From the NCBI GenBank assembly GCA_002269645.1, contig NIVC01002024.1, forward strand, positions 62,001 to 126,000: a stretch of 64,000 bases of DNA. The letters run 5' to 3'. Each line of letters begins with the position of its first letter. Positions within the stretch are counted from its first letter, which is position 1. A program made the position numbers and the translations under genes. Positions 36,401 to 49,093 of this stretch are shown one piece after another. Below the pieces are notes generated by a model. The model had not been told where the DNA came from. It worked only from the letters and a program-made list of their open reading frames with translations, and did no database searches. This stretch comes from Macrostomum lignano. Lineage: Eukaryota.

Positions 36401-39400
36401 GACAGGCACACAACTGTTAGACAAGTGTTTTGCTATAGTTGTTAAACATTCTTAGGTGTAAACTAAGCGTATGTTTCTGGCATATGTTCCTAATCCAAAT
36501 CCCAACGAACATCCCAACATGGCCTCAATTCCAGGTGAGGACTACACCGGAACCAGAGGTACGAGTATCTTCTAGCTTATTGGCTGTCGGCCTCACCGGC
36601 ACAATGTTGTTTCTAGCTATTGCAGTGGTCGGCGTGACAGCGTCGCTGTTTTTAAGACGTCACTTTCTTGGAATGGGCGCCTCAGGCGGAAGGCTGGAAT
36701 CGCGAGATATTCCCATGCAGTGAGTTGTGATAAGCTTCTTTTGAGCATCTAATTCCCTTTTGAGTCCTTGACAAGATCCAGCCTTAATTATTTCTGCATC
36801 TCAATTTTCCCAAGACGCCTAGAAAGCCTCGGGGTGGCAGTTGAAGAGTTTGGTTTCTACGCGGCTTCAATGCTGAGAGACAGCGAGCTGGGGGTTCACC
36901 AGCAGTTTGAAGAGATGCGGGAAGAGTGCGCAGCGTTGGAGCACTACAAGTTCACCTGCGATGCGGCTGTGGAAGACTGCAACAGGGCTAAGAACAGGTA
37001 CACGGACATCCTGCCCTACGATCATACTCGGGTGACTCTGGAATCCGACTACGAAGGCCCGGGTTTGGCTCCAGATGATTATATCAATGCCAACTACATC
37101 AGGTGAGGTGAAGAGGGGTAGGTGCGTACCTGTAGCAGTGTACATTCATGCTTGTTATGCAGTTTGGTTCACGTAGATATAAATTACAAGGAATGGTCGA
37201 GTTTTAACTGCATACTGTACACAGTGTACACTATAGGACTAGGAGAGTGAGCTGGGTGTACACTATGGGACTAGGAGAGTGAACTGGGTGTACACTATAC
37301 GACTAGGAGAGTGAACTGGGTGTACACTATACGACTAGGAGAGTGAACTGGGTGTACACTATACGACTAGAAGAGTGAACTGGGTGTACACTATACGACT
37401 AGAAGAGTGAACTGGGTGTACACTATACGACTAAGAGAGTGAACTAGGTGTACACTATAGGACTAGGAGAGTGAACTAGGTGAGCTGGATGTATGGGGTA
37501 AGTGTGTACATTTTTTGCGTAAAAAATCAGCCTTCCAAAGTTTTCTAAAAAGCAAGTGAAGTTGCAACCCCACCCATCCTCAAATCAGGGGCCTGGACCG
37601 CCAGAGAGAGTTCATAGCCAGCCAAGGCCCCCTGCCGGGCACACTAGACGATCACTGGCGCATGATCTACCAGCACAAGGTGACTCTCATTATAACCCTA
37701 ACCCAGTGCCTCGAAGGCGAGAAAAAGAAATGCGAGCGTTTCTGGCCAGTAACTGTTGGCCAATCTGAATATTACGACGACATCAAAGTGGTATTGGACA
37801 GCGAAAGTTCATTGGGTACTTATACGGTTCGGAAAATGCTGGTCACGTGCAGTGCCGACAGGTAAAGTGTATATTTAATAGCGAATTTACATACCAAGTA
37901 TTTCTGCTGGGGCAGGTACGCTGTTCCACTCTTCTAAGTGTGTGTTTCTAATCGGATCGAAAAGTCCTATTTACTCTTCTAGGTAATCTGAGCCAATCTT
38001 TATTTTTGGGCTAACGATGATTTGCAAGACTTGCGAGTGTACGAGTGTTATAGACTAATAGTCTATTTTTGGTGTCATTTCTTCATCATGCTACATAAAA
38101 ATCATCATGCTATTAAAGACTGAGACGTCGCCACCGAGGGGACAGGCGAACAGACTCTGGTTCTATTCCTTGCGTGGCCACATTCATTTGGGGCTTGTGT
38201 GTGTGCACGTGCGGTTCACACTCATAAGGGCACACCCCCTGTGTGAGCGTGTGTACGAGCCTTTCTGCAAATATTTATTTCCAACCCCTCCAACCTGCGT
38301 AGAAACCAGACGGAGCCGCTTCAGGTGGTGCAGCTCTTCTACCTGGGCTGGGCTGACTACAACGTGCCGAATGTCGACGACCTCGCCGACTTCCTCGCCC
38401 AGATGCGCAGCTACGCGCCGAAGTTGAGGCGAAGCGACGACGAGCCGCCGATTCTCGTGCACTGCAGCGCCGGGGTCGGCCGGACCGGCACCCTGATCGC
38501 GCTGGACATCCTGGTGCGCTCGCTGGAGCTGCGCGGCGCCAAAACCATCAACGTGTTTGAGACGGTCATGCAGCTGCGGGCCTGCCGCAAACTCATGGTG
38601 CAGACCAAGGTGAGGGTTTGGGGTCACGGTGCAGACCAAGGTGAGGGTTTGGGGTCATGGTGCAGACCAAGGTGAGGGTTTGGGGTCATGGTGCAGACCA
38701 AGGTGAGGGTTTATTTGGGGTCATGGTGCAGACCAAGGTGAGGGTTTGGGGTCATGGTGCAGACCAAGGTGAGGGTTTATTTGGGGTCACGGTGCAGACC
38801 CAGGTAAAGCCTGGATTCATGGAGGCCGTGGATGGTGGAAAAGGTCATATAAGTTTGGGAGGATTATGACCGTGGGTGTCAAAGGTACATGTATAGGGTA
38901 AAAAAGGTCATGAGTGGAAATGGTCATCTAGCTTACATGCCAGTGAGTCATTCAAACTTTCGAAGTAGGTCATCAGATTTAAAACTGGTTAGGGAGGTTT
39001 AGAAAATTGGTCATGGAGTTTCGAGTGTGTCATGACACAACAAAAACCTCATGCTTGCACCCTAGGGTCAGCTCGCCTTCATCTACAGATTCCTGGTCAG
39101 TTACTTGGAGAAGCGAAGCTACACCCAGCCTATTGGTGATCGTAAGTTTACACTGTACTGAGCAGAACAGTGTGCATGTGGCTGAGATGCTTAGACACTG
39201 TGGGTTTCATTTTAGACACTGTGGGTTCCATTTTAGACACTGTGGGTTCCATTTTAGGCACTGTGGGTTAAATTTTAGACACTGTGGGTTCCATTTTAGA
39301 CACTGTGGATTCCATTTTAGACACTGTGGATTCCATTTTAGACACTGTGGATTCCATTTTAGACACTGTAGATTCCATTTTAGACACTGTGGATTCCATT

Positions 39401-41374
39401 TTACACCTTGTGGATTTCATTTTAGGCACTGTGGATTTCATTTTAGACACTGTGGGTTCGATTTTAGACACTGTGGGTTCCATTTTAGACACTGTGGGTT
39501 CCATTTTAGACACTGTGCTGGGTTCCATTTTAGTTACTGTGGGTTCCATTTTAGACACTGTGGATTCCATTCTAGACACTGTGCTGGGTTCCATTTTAAT
39601 CACTGTGGGTTCCATTTTAGACACTGTGGGTTCCATTTTAGACACTGTGGGTTTCATTTTAGACACTGTGCTGGGTTCCATTTCAGACATTGTGGGTTCC
39701 ATTTTAGACACGGTAGGGTTCCATTTTATATACTGTAGATTCCATTTTAGGCACTGTGGATTTCATTTTAGACACTGTACTGGGTTCCATTTTAACCACT
39801 GTGGGTTCCATTTTAGACACTGTGGGTTCCATTTTAGACACTGTGGGTTTCATTTTAGACACTGTGCTGGGCTCCATTTCAGACATTGTGGGTTCCATTT
39901 TAGACACGGTAGGGTTCCATTTTAGACACTGAGATCCATTTTAGACACTGTGGATTTCATTTTAGACACTGTAGATTTCATTTTAGACACTGTGGATTCC
40001 ATTTTAGACACTGTTTCCATTTTAGACACTGTGGATTCCATTTTAGACACTGTGGATTCCATTTTAGACACTGTAGATTCCATTTTAGACCTTGTGGATT
40101 TCATTTTAGGCACTGTGGATTCCATTTTAGACACTGTGGATTCCATTTTAGACACTGTGCTGGGTTCCATTTTAATCACTGTGGGTTCCATTTCAGACAC
40201 TGTGGGTTCCATTTTAGACACTGAGATCCATTTTAGACACTGTGGATTCCATTTTAGACACTGTGGGTTTCATTTTAGACACTGTGGGTTCCATTTTAGG
40301 CACTGTGGGTTAAATTTTAGACACTGTGGGTTCCATTTTAGACACTGTGCTGGGCTCCATTTCAGACATTGTGGGTTCCATTTTAGACACGGTAGGGTTC
40401 CATTTTAGACACTGAGATCCATTTTAGACACTGTGGATTTCATTTTAGACACTGTAGATTCCATTTTAGACACTGTGGATTCCATTTTAGACACTGTGGG
40501 TTCCATTTTAGACACTGTGGATTCCATTTTAGACACTGTGGATTCCATTTTAGACACTGTGGATTCCATTTTAGACACTGTAGATTCCATTTTAGACACT
40601 GTGGATTCCATTTTAGACACTGTGGATTCCATTTTAGACCTTGTGGATTTCATTTTAGACACTGTAGATTCCATTTTAGACACTGTAGATTCCATTTTAG
40701 ACACTGTGGATTCCATTTTAGACACTGTGGATTCCATTTTAAACACTGTGGATTCCATTTTAGACACTGTAGATTCCATTTTAGACACTGTGGATTCCAT
40801 TTTAGACACTGTGGATTCCATTTTAGACACTGTGGATACCATTTTAGACACTGTGGATACCATTTTAGACACTGTGGATACCATTTTAGACACTGTGGAT
40901 TCCATTTTAGACACTGTGGATACCATTTTAGACACTATGGATACCATTTTAGACACTGTGGATTCCATTTTAGACACTGTAGATTCCATTTTAGACACTG
41001 TAGATTCCATTTTAGACACTGTAGATTCCATTTTAGACACTGTGGATTTCATTTTAGGCACTGTGGATTTCATTTTAGAAACTATGGGTTCCATTTTTGA
41101 CACTGTGCTGGGTTCCATTTTAGACACTGTGGGAATTTCATCTTCGATGATTCCTAACGGGTTCCTAATTGATTATACTTGCCCAGACATTTTCCCAAGA
41201 AGCCAACACACGCAATTTTTAGAATTTTTCAAAACTTTAATTTTGTCAGCCCCAGGGTCCAGCAAAGCCGCTGTCAAGGGGGATCCTAAGCCGCTGTCCG
41301 TCACAGCGACCAATCAGAATGAAGGCAGATCCAATGACGGATTTCATGCTACTGAAAACGAACTGCCTAATTAA
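27418..41374 (+). CDS. RPTP gene 2: paralog with signal peptide, mucin-like S/T/A VNTR, 2 FN3, TM, single PTP domain
   Basis: Exons 27418-28558, 35919-36163, 36535-36719, 36815-37102, 37589-37861, 38303-38609, 39066-39141, 41250-41374 join in frame (phases 1,0,2,2,2,0,1). MSKGIAILLAIIASLVLA signal; [14 protein letters not shown]; AATAAA at 41391. Start could instead be ATG 27376; last acceptor could be 41255. Confidence 0.88.
27510..28160 (+). repeat. Coding mucin-like repeat (TAAS/TAST modules) in RPTP2 exon 1
   Basis: ACTGCCGCTTCA / ACTGCCTCTACA 12-nt modules, in frame between signal peptide and FN3. Confidence 0.9.
29224..30263 (-). mobile_element. 5'-truncated, decayed non-LTR retrotransposon (Loa/R1-like): RNase H, CCHC knuckle, 3' tail
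   Basis: Minus translation FTDGS...QNEVLAI...DSQAALQAL..*..WIPGHAGFKGNELADSLAK; CP*CNLENEDAKHFVCYCPAF; ends AAGTCAAGTAAGTCAAG; in-frame stops. Confidence 0.88.
30265..31535. repeat. Inverted pair of (AAGCGCTAAACTTCAC)n arrays (30265-30423 and 31327-31535) around a 0.9-kb spacer
   Basis: Left array reads gaagtttagcgcttgt...gaagcctcccc; right array reads ggggaggcttcacaagcgcta..., its reverse complement including the GGGGAGGC inner end. Confidence 0.88.
30552..30851 (-). pseudogene. Antisense FN3-like exon inside RPTP2 intron 1
   Basis: aacttttag|AT TTG CCG AAA CCG AAC (phase 1); LPKPNLTIVSVT...TYEIC...CFTGLQPGTVYTLTVRTV; donor uncertain (weak phase-1 AG|GTTTCT at 30552). Confidence 0.65.
31975..32345. 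repeat. 61-nt tandem repeat, about 6 copies (CCCACTCTCTCAGATCCCAACC...)
   Basis: Direct reading. Confidence 0.9.
32466..33735. repeat. 12-nt minisatellite (GCTGGTGTTGTC)n continuous with the I-element 3' tail
   Basis: About 100 units with GTT/GTC/TTC variants, grading into GTT/GAT triplet repeats at the element end. Confidence 0.9.
33735..35650 (-). mobile_element. Frameshifted, internally deleted I-clade non-LTR retrotransposon (RT, RNase H, C-terminal Cys motif)
   Basis: Fragments: YSGYADDIALW; LKFLGVWIDRGLLF..H; WGWDRPLLLRVYRAL; LQWVPGHSGVHGNELVDAEAK; LFCACPKL; ORF ends 33745, followed by a CAA-rich tail. Confidence 0.88.
37224..37485. repeat. 32-nt minisatellite GTGTACACTATACGACTAGGAGAGTGAACTGG
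   Basis: About 8 units. Confidence 0.9.
38595..38810 (+). repeat. Short copy (7 donors) of the splice-donor minisatellite in RPTP2
   Basis: Exon-side ends at 38609, 38640, 38671, 38702, 38737, 38768 (AAG|GTGAGG) and 38803 (CAG|GTAAAG). Confidence 0.92.
39190..41130. repeat. 21-nt minisatellite CACTGTGGGTTCCATTTTAGA
   Basis: About 90 units filling the last RPTP2 intron. Confidence 0.95.
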
Positions 41375-41734
41375 TTTATTAATCCTGCCCAATAAAGTAT
41401 ATGTACTGCACGCATCGATTGTGCACAAAACTCACTGGAATAGACAGCGTGCATCTGCTTTAGCTGTACGCGGTATCAATAACGAATTTAGGCCTATGAT
41501 GTCAATATAAACATATTCGTAGTTTCGTTACACGCGCTAAGTTATTTCATAATAACCAAGACAGGAATCAATATGTACATGAAAGATGTACAGGTCTGTC
41601 GCTCTAGACAGAATGCTTGTTTGTTTTCTGAATTTTTTATTAACTGTTATTAAAAACTTGATTAAAAAAGCTAAATATAAAAACACAAGAGTGTTTTTCA
41701 GTTCTTAGCTATTAATGAGATTTTCGTGCAACGC

Positions 41735-42195
41735 AAACTGAGGATCTGGGAGGCTGGTGGCCCAGCAACTGAAGATCTGGGAGGCTGGCCTAGCAACTGA
41801 AGATCTGGGAGGCTGGCCCAGCAAATGAGGATCTGGGAGGCTGGCCCAGCAACTGAGGATCTGGGAGGCTAGCACAGCAACGAGGATCTGGGAGTCTGGC
41901 CCAGCAACTGAGGATCTGGGAGGCTGGCCCAGCAACTGACACTCTGGGAGGCTGGCCCAGCAACTGAGGATCTGGGAGGCTGGCCTAGCAACTGAGGATC
42001 TGGGAGGCTGGCCTAGCAACTGACGATCTGGGAGGCTGGCCTAGCAACTGAGGATCTGGGAGGCTGGCCTAGCAACTGAGGATCTGGTAGGCTGGCCCAG
42101 CAACTGAGGATCTGGGAGGCTGGCCCAGCAACTGAGGATCTGGGAGGCTAGCACAGCAACGAGGATCTGGGAGTCTGGCCCAGCAACTGAGGATC
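41735..42195. repeat. 28-nt minisatellite GCAACTGAGGATCTGGGAGGCTGGCCCA
   Basis: Direct reading. Confidence 0.92.
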
Positions 42196-42844
42196 CGGCC
42201 GGGGGACTTGTAAAAAAACGAAAGACCAGAAGACCAACGCAGTGCACAGTGCATGCATATTATGGTAATAATGAACCCAAACAAGCATAAACGCGATCTT
42301 AAGATACCAAAAAGTCCAGCTTGGCGGAGTAAACATTGGCGATATATTGTCAGCAAAATAATATACTAGCTTCATAACTACTACTAATGATTAAAGCCTT
42401 CACAGCTGATCAGATGGCCAATAAATATAGATGAGATTCACGATATCAATAAACGGGAAAAACACAAAGCCGCAATTAAAGCTAATGATAGGCTTGTAGA
42501 GCATAACTATATAAACTTCGACCTGGAATAAAGCTGTGTTCTAGGATGCATGAAAATCGGTTTAAAAGTTGTGCGATTGTGATTATTTGATAAAGACAGT
42601 CATTAGAACTTATGAAAACACTAAAACTGAAGCCATTAATTCGTTTTAGAGCACATTTATATACATATAATATAATATTGTAAAATAGTATTGAGCAGCG
42701 CTGGAATAAATATATAATTCTAGACCTCGAATAATCTGGTATTGAAAAATAAACAAAATAAATAGAAAAATGGGAAGACAATCATCCATTCAAAGAAGAC
42801 ATTTTCATGAAGAAATACGGCGCTCAGCTGAAGGATCAGGGTAG

Positions 42845-43452
42845 TGGGATTGTGACACTACCTGAAACATTGGGAGTATAGGGTTGTGACACTACCTGAA
42901 GTATCAGGAATGTAGGGTTGTGACACCATCTGAAGTATCAGGAATGTAGGGTTGTGACACTACCTGAAGTATCAGGAATGTAGGGTTGTGACACTACCTG
43001 AAGTATCAGGAATGTAGGGTTGTGACACCATCTGAAGTATCAGGAATGTAGGGTTGTGACACCATCTGAAGTATCAGGAATGTAGGGTTGTGACACCATC
43101 TGAAGTATCAGGAATGTAGGGTTGTGACACCATCTGAAGTATCAGGAATGTAGGGTTGTGACACTACCTGAAGTATCAGGAATGTAGGGTTGTGACACTA
43201 CCTGAAGTATCAGGAATGTAGGGTTGTGACACCATCTGAAGTATCAGGAATGTAGGGTTGTGACACTACCTGAAGTATCAGGAATGTAGGGTTGTGACAC
43301 CATCTGAAGTATCAGGAATGCAGGATTGTGACACCATCTGAAGTATCAGGAATGTAGGGTTGTGACACCATCTGAAGTATCAGGAATGTAGGGTTGTGAC
43401 ACCATCTGAAGTATCAGGAATGTAGGGTTGTGAAACTACCTGAAGTATCAGA
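42845..43452. repeat. 34-nt minisatellite TGAAGTATCAGGAATGTAGGGTTGTGACACCATC
   Basis: About 17 units. Confidence 0.93.
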
Positions 43453-43687
43453 AAGTTTATAAAATGTTTAAAAATACACCATGTGTTCTACTAACAGTAT
43501 TAATGCAGCATTTGCAACTATTTACTACAAGGATAAAAAGTGAAAATTACTTAATAGTTAAAAAATTAAAATTTGTGAAGGCAAGCGTATTTGTTGACAA
43601 TTTTTGGTTTAGAAAGGTGAGTTATAATCATTTGCTCACACCACAATGAAATCAATCAATTTCATGTAGAATCTCATTCGAGCTCCA

Positions 43688-45784
43688 TCACATCTGACTG
43701 TAGTTGGTTCGGCCAGAACGATTCTTATAGATCCTGTAGGCAAACATGCCGATAGCAACTAGGACCAAGCCAAGCACAATGCCGCCAAAGAATGAGCCGG
43801 CATCGAAACGACCGCCAGCATTCTGGCCACCGGCCGATGTTGTAGCATCTCCAGGAGTGGAATGGCTTGGAGCCTTGGTGGTGCTAGATTTACCTGTGCT
43901 ACTACTAATACTACTGCTAGTAGTAACAGTTGACTTGTCATTAGTAGTAGAGCTTGGCCCAACAGTAGTACTATTGGTAGTTTCAGTAGTAGCATTAGTA
44001 GAGCCAGTGACTCCAGTTGTGCCAGTGACACTGGTAGTACCTGTAGTCTCAGTAGCAGCAGTGGTACTACTATTAGTACCAATAGTAGTTGTAGATGGCA
44101 CTGCAGTTGTTTCTGTAGTTGTGCTAAACAACACTGGATTAGCCAAGCCTAAAATTGATTTTTAATGATAAAATGAATATTTGTTGTGCACAATTTTAAT
44201 CAAATAATAATCAAATATTAACAATATAAACCCCAAGGACTACTCAAATAGAAGGATAGGAAACAACATTTTTTAGAAAATATTAAGGCTAGTTTTCACC
44301 AAAAATACACTATGGAGATAAGAACTTTTCTCTTTTTTTCATATTAAAATTGTTATTGCTTTCAATAGGAGGCAGACCCAATGTTCAACTTTTGATATGT
44401 TTTGCCTTCTTATTGCTCTATTGATATTTATAGAGCTTTTTGTTTAGAAGATTAGGATTCTGTGTAATTTTTTATTGGATATTTTATTTAAATTCAAGGG
44501 CATTGCCATGGATTTTTTGGTAGGGGGACAAAGCCAACTATTATACATGTATATGTTCATGAATAAATTCTTACATATACATTATTTTCAAAATTGGTAT
44601 TGTCAGCACTAATTTTAGCACTGCAGGCACTTATTTTAGCACTGCAGGCACTCATTTTAGCACTGCAGGCACTTATTTTAGCACTGCAGGCACTTATTTT
44701 AGCACTGCAAGCATTTATTTTAGCACTGCAAGCACTTATTTTAGCACTGCAGTCACTTATTTTAGCACTGCAAGCACTTATTTTAGCACTGCAAGCATTC
44801 ATTTTAGCCCCATAGGCACTCATTTTAGCGCCGTAGGCACTCATTTTGGCACCATAGACACTCATTTTGGTGCTACAGGCACTTATTTTAGTACCACAGG
44901 TGCTATGGTTTGGTTTGGTAATAGCCTAGCAATACTATTTATAGTGGAAAATTGATATATACAAATATTTGTTTAAATGCTTTATTATTTATTACAAGCT
45001 TAAAAACCTAGAAAGCTTGAAATTTACATTTAAAAATGAACTTTTTTATCTTTTTTTCTACTTCTCAATAACTTTTATGATTGTGATTCTATAAAGTACA
45101 TGTTAGGTGTACATCTACTATTTTCTTAGAAGTGAAATATACTTACTGTGCACGTCTATTTTTGGCATGCAAGGCCAATAACACCCAAATTTTCAGGCAT
45201 ACTATATGATCTAGAGTGTAGATATAACATAGCTGTAAGTATTACAGTAGGCCTATATAAAACCAGTATTTTATTTATTTTAGTTACTGTGTAAATAATT
45301 CTAGTATTATTCATATGGTACTATGCATATAATGAGTAGGCCCTAGCCAAACAAAAATCATGGCACTAAAAATCATGGAAACCCACCATTGCATCCTACC
45401 CTAATGCCCTAATCCATGTTTAGGAAATTTGTGTATTTGATACTGTGATACAGTGCCTCTGGCCCTCTGTTATAGGCCCTACTTTTTTCAGATTAGGATC
45501 ATTTTGAAAGTCACCTTGGCTTGTCCTTGTCATGTAAAACATCCCTCTGGTCTGTCTATATGGTAAGCCTAGACAGTCCAAAAAGGAAAGTCAATAAAAG
45601 GGGGAAAAGTATATGTTTAAATATTTGCCTATATGGTATACACATACCAGATACTTCTACAGTTTCAGTACTTATGCCTACTTAAGTTATTGTAATGTGT
45701 CATGTAAATAGAAAATAAGAACTTACACTGCAAGGAAATGATGGAAATGAAAAAGCAAACACCGATACAGAACTTTATCTTCAT
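43688..45784 (-). CDS. CD164/porimin (TMEM123)-like sialomucin
   Basis: Exon 1 45784-45727 (MKIKFCIGVCFFISIISLQ, T|gtaagt) joins exon 2 44148-43688 (ttttag|GC TTG GCT). S/T-rich stalk, FDAGSFFGGIVLGL TM motif (CD164: FDAASFIGGIVL), C-terminal NYSQM YxxPhi sorting signal. Confidence 0.9.
44600..44890. repeat. 21-nt minisatellite CACTTATTTTAGCACTGCAGG in the CD164-like intron
   Basis: Direct reading. Confidence 0.9.
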
Positions 45785-46165
45785 CTTCGCTAATTACTGT
45801 CAATGTTATATATTTTAGAATTCAAAGAACTAAGGAGAACCTTCAACTTATAAATTTTTTTTTCTTCGTTTAGTCACTGATTATTGTTTTCGCTCTTCGA
45901 AAATACAAACAAGACAATTGGGCCACGGCAGTTTCGTGGCGTGATTTTGGTCACTATTGGTAGCAATTGTTATGTAGCTGTTAGCTTTTTTATTGGTTAA
46001 GCACTTTAGCAATATTTGTATAATAATTGCACACGCTGTTTTACTTGATCCATTCACCTTAAAACTAGTTACATTTGTTTTATTTTTACAGAATAAAAAA
46101 GTTTTTGAATTTTAGTAAGTTTGTTCCTTGTAAATTTGGAGTACCAAAATAAAAATTATGATTCC

Positions 46166-46856
46166 GATGAGGGGGGGGGTTTCACAAACTCGAAATTTCA
46201 CAACGTCGAAAGCACCTTCTTTCACAAGGTCGAAATTTCACAAGGTCGAAATTTCATAACATCGAAAACTCAAATAGCAGCCACTTTCACAAGGTCGAAA
46301 ATTCACAAGGTCGAAATTTCACAACATCGAAAACTTTAGCAAAGGGCTTCATAAGGTCGAAAATTCACAAGGTCGAAATTTCACAACATCGAAAACTCGA
46401 AAAGCAGCCACTTTCATAAGGTAGAAATTTCACAAGGTCGAAATTTCACAACATCGAAAACTTTAGCAAGAGACTTCATAAGGTCGAAATTTCATAAGGT
46501 CGAAATTTCACAACGTAGAAAACTACTGTATGGTTCTTGATAGATAAAATTTTCGACTTTGTGAAATTTCGAGCTTATGAAGTTTCGACCTTGTGAAAGT
46601 GGCTGCACTTGAGTTTTCGATGTTGTGAAATTTCGACCTTGTGAAATTTCGACCTTATGAAATCTCTTGCTAGATTTTTCGATGTTGTGAAATTTCGACC
46701 TTGTGAAGTTTCGACCTTGTGAAATTTCGACCTTATGAAGTCTCTTGCTAAAGTTTTCGATGTTGTGAAATTTCGACCTTGTGAAGTTTCGACCTTGTGA
46801 AATAATTTACTTTTCGACGTTGTGAAATTTCGACCTTGTGAAAGCACCCCCTCATC
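46166..46856. mobile_element. Foldback/MITE-like element with long inverted arms made of GGTCGAAATTTCACAA subrepeats
   Basis: Left arm GATGAGGGGG...TTTCACAA..CGAAATTTCACAACGTCGAAA; right arm is the reverse complement ending CCCCCTCATC; short central spacer near 46530. Confidence 0.8.
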
Positions 46857-47544
46857 AGGGGGACGCACTTTTTTCCAAATTTCACGCTCGCACATGGGTT
46901 CCAAACTTGCTAGCCTACTAACAGCAGGCTATGGGCGTTTTTCTCCCTCTTTTGTAATTTTTCTACAGTTCATACTAGAAGGACTTCTGTAGCTATATAT
47001 TAATCTGCCATACTTGTAATTATTGGTGAGGATGCATCTTTTTTCAACCTTAAAACCGCACATTTTGCTTCGATGCGCTTTTTCCACTACTGTCAGTAGG
47101 TTAGCTTAGGACTTTCTCTCTAACCTCTCATCTAGGCTGGGTTCTTACTAACTTATGACATTATTATTAATTATGTTAGATACACAATGTACTTCCCTTA
47201 GGATTCTAATTTTGGGTTGTTTACGCACCTTTGAAGGTCAGACTGTCTGGGTCTGAGACGACGGATTGACCTCCAACAGTCTAGACGGGCGACACATAAT
47301 AAGTCTGGGAGGAATGTTTTTAATCTCATTCTGACCCCCTGATTTGTAACTTTTTCACTATTTTTAGTGATTTAATGACGGTCTAGCTGTCACTTTTGGC
47401 TCCAGCCTGTCTGCATGGGTCAAAGAGGTCTTTCCAGCTTTCTCCCCACTCGCTCTGTTACCTTCTCCTTTGATTTATGGGCTTTTTGTTGTCATTTTTG
47501 GCGCCAGGATGTCTAGACAAGTGACTTTTATTATGCTTTTCACA

Positions 47545-49093
47545 TGATTTATGACCGCACCTGTCAACTTCCCTGGGGTCTGAAGGCCACCTGGTGGGGT
47601 GGGTTTTGGGGTCTTGAGCTCAGCCAATCAGAGACGACCTGACTGCCCCCGGCTCGTCCAATCGGAAAATTCGGCGCCTATTTTAACAAAAGCTCTCAGC
47701 CAATCAGAAAATTCGGCGCGCGTTATAACAAATCGGCCGCATGAGAGCTATAAAAGGCGGCAACTCGACGTCCGCGCTCGAAACAACTCGGCCTGATACT
47801 GCCTTCAGGCGATCTTCTCCCTTCGGTCCTGCCGACCTGATCCCCCTTCCCCCGGCAGTTTCGGCTTCAGCAGCTAAGTTCCCCGGAGAAACATCATCAA
47901 TATCTCCCGGCAGTGATCTAAGAGCAGCAACGACAACCGGCAAGTGAAGAGTACCGGCTGCACTCGTCAGTTGAGATCAGCAGCAGCATCCCATCCGAGC
48001 GCTTCGGTCTCTGCGGATCCCTTGGCTACCGGCAGATAGGTCCTCTGATTGGTTTGGTGAGAGGCTTTCTTGACCTGCTTAAACTGGGTGTGCCCTTTGT
48101 CTGACCCCTTCCTGGGTAGTCCGATAGGATTTGCACTTTTGCTTACTTGCTCTTTGCGTGCCAAACTCGAGGCAGAAGTGTCAGTTAATATTAAAAGTAT
48201 AGCCATTTGCTCTGATTTAATCTAAGGCGTTTAGTATTGCGGATTAAGTGAGAAAGTTAAATCTGGAAGTAACAGACTTGGCGTTTTCATTCTTTTTCGC
48301 AATGCCAGCTGAGATGAGCGGCTAGATCTAGAGGCACAGTGGACCGGAAGCGGCGCAGTCCCCAGTCAATCAGTCGATCTAAGCAATCATGATAAACATG
48401 CAAACTAAGTCTGGTGCTTTCGCGCAGTCTCAGGCAGCTAAGCGGCTAAAACGAATTAAATATTAGTCTAAAGATCTCCAAAGGTGACAATACACCTACA
48501 TCATCGCTATCTGTCGAGGCGTTAACACATTTAGTGCCAAAAGTGTGCAGTCACATGTACTTGTACATGTACTTCTGGGAATTTGGTAATGAAATAGTAC
48601 ATTTAGTAGTGTATATAAAGGCTCGCCAGCGCAAGAACCCCCTGCAGAAGTCCTCTCTGTCCCTGCATGGCCAACGCGATCTTAGTCCCTGCAGCGTCCC
48701 TTCTATTCGGCTATGACTTCGAGATAGACAGCTAAAAGACACTAGATGGCAGGTAAGTGCAGTGCCCCTCTAGTCGGAAGTCCGATTTCGATAGCTCCGG
48801 TTTGGTGAGTCGGGGCGCACGGACTGGTGGCAGCGGGTTAGTTAATCTGCGGATTAGCTAATCTCTACCTTTCAAATTCTCCCTGCTTGTCTCTCGCTGT
48901 CTTCTTTTAGCTATAGGACCTTGCTGCTCGCCCACAATCTATAGCTACCATGGGGCTGACCATCTGACAGGAGTGAGAGACCAGAGTTCTAAGTGATTCA
49001 TTTCTGAGGCCCGAAGCTATATGCTTAAAAAGGCCGAACCCATCATTATAATAACATAGGCTCGGTTTCTTGCTGCTTTTGGGTCATAAATCA
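47545..49093 (+). other. Unclassified element copy E1: 12-bp inverted termini, CCAAT/TATA promoter, intron, Kozak ATG, no ORF
   Basis: TGATTTATGACC 47545 / GGTCATAAATCA 49082; CCAAT 47624, 47658, 47700; TATAAAA 47749; CAG|GTAAGT 48753; GCTAAT branch + pyrimidine tract + TAG 48910; ACCATGG 48950. Confidence 0.6.

Noticed and set aside
39007-41127. RHCGFHF / LDTVDSI / SKMESTV ORFs
   Set aside because: 21-nt minisatellite in the last RPTP2 intron; only 41250-41374 is a credible exon.
46820-46860. Hammerhead core CTGATGAG...GAAA on the minus strand
   Set aside because: Stem II does not pair; the sequence is explained by the foldback arm.
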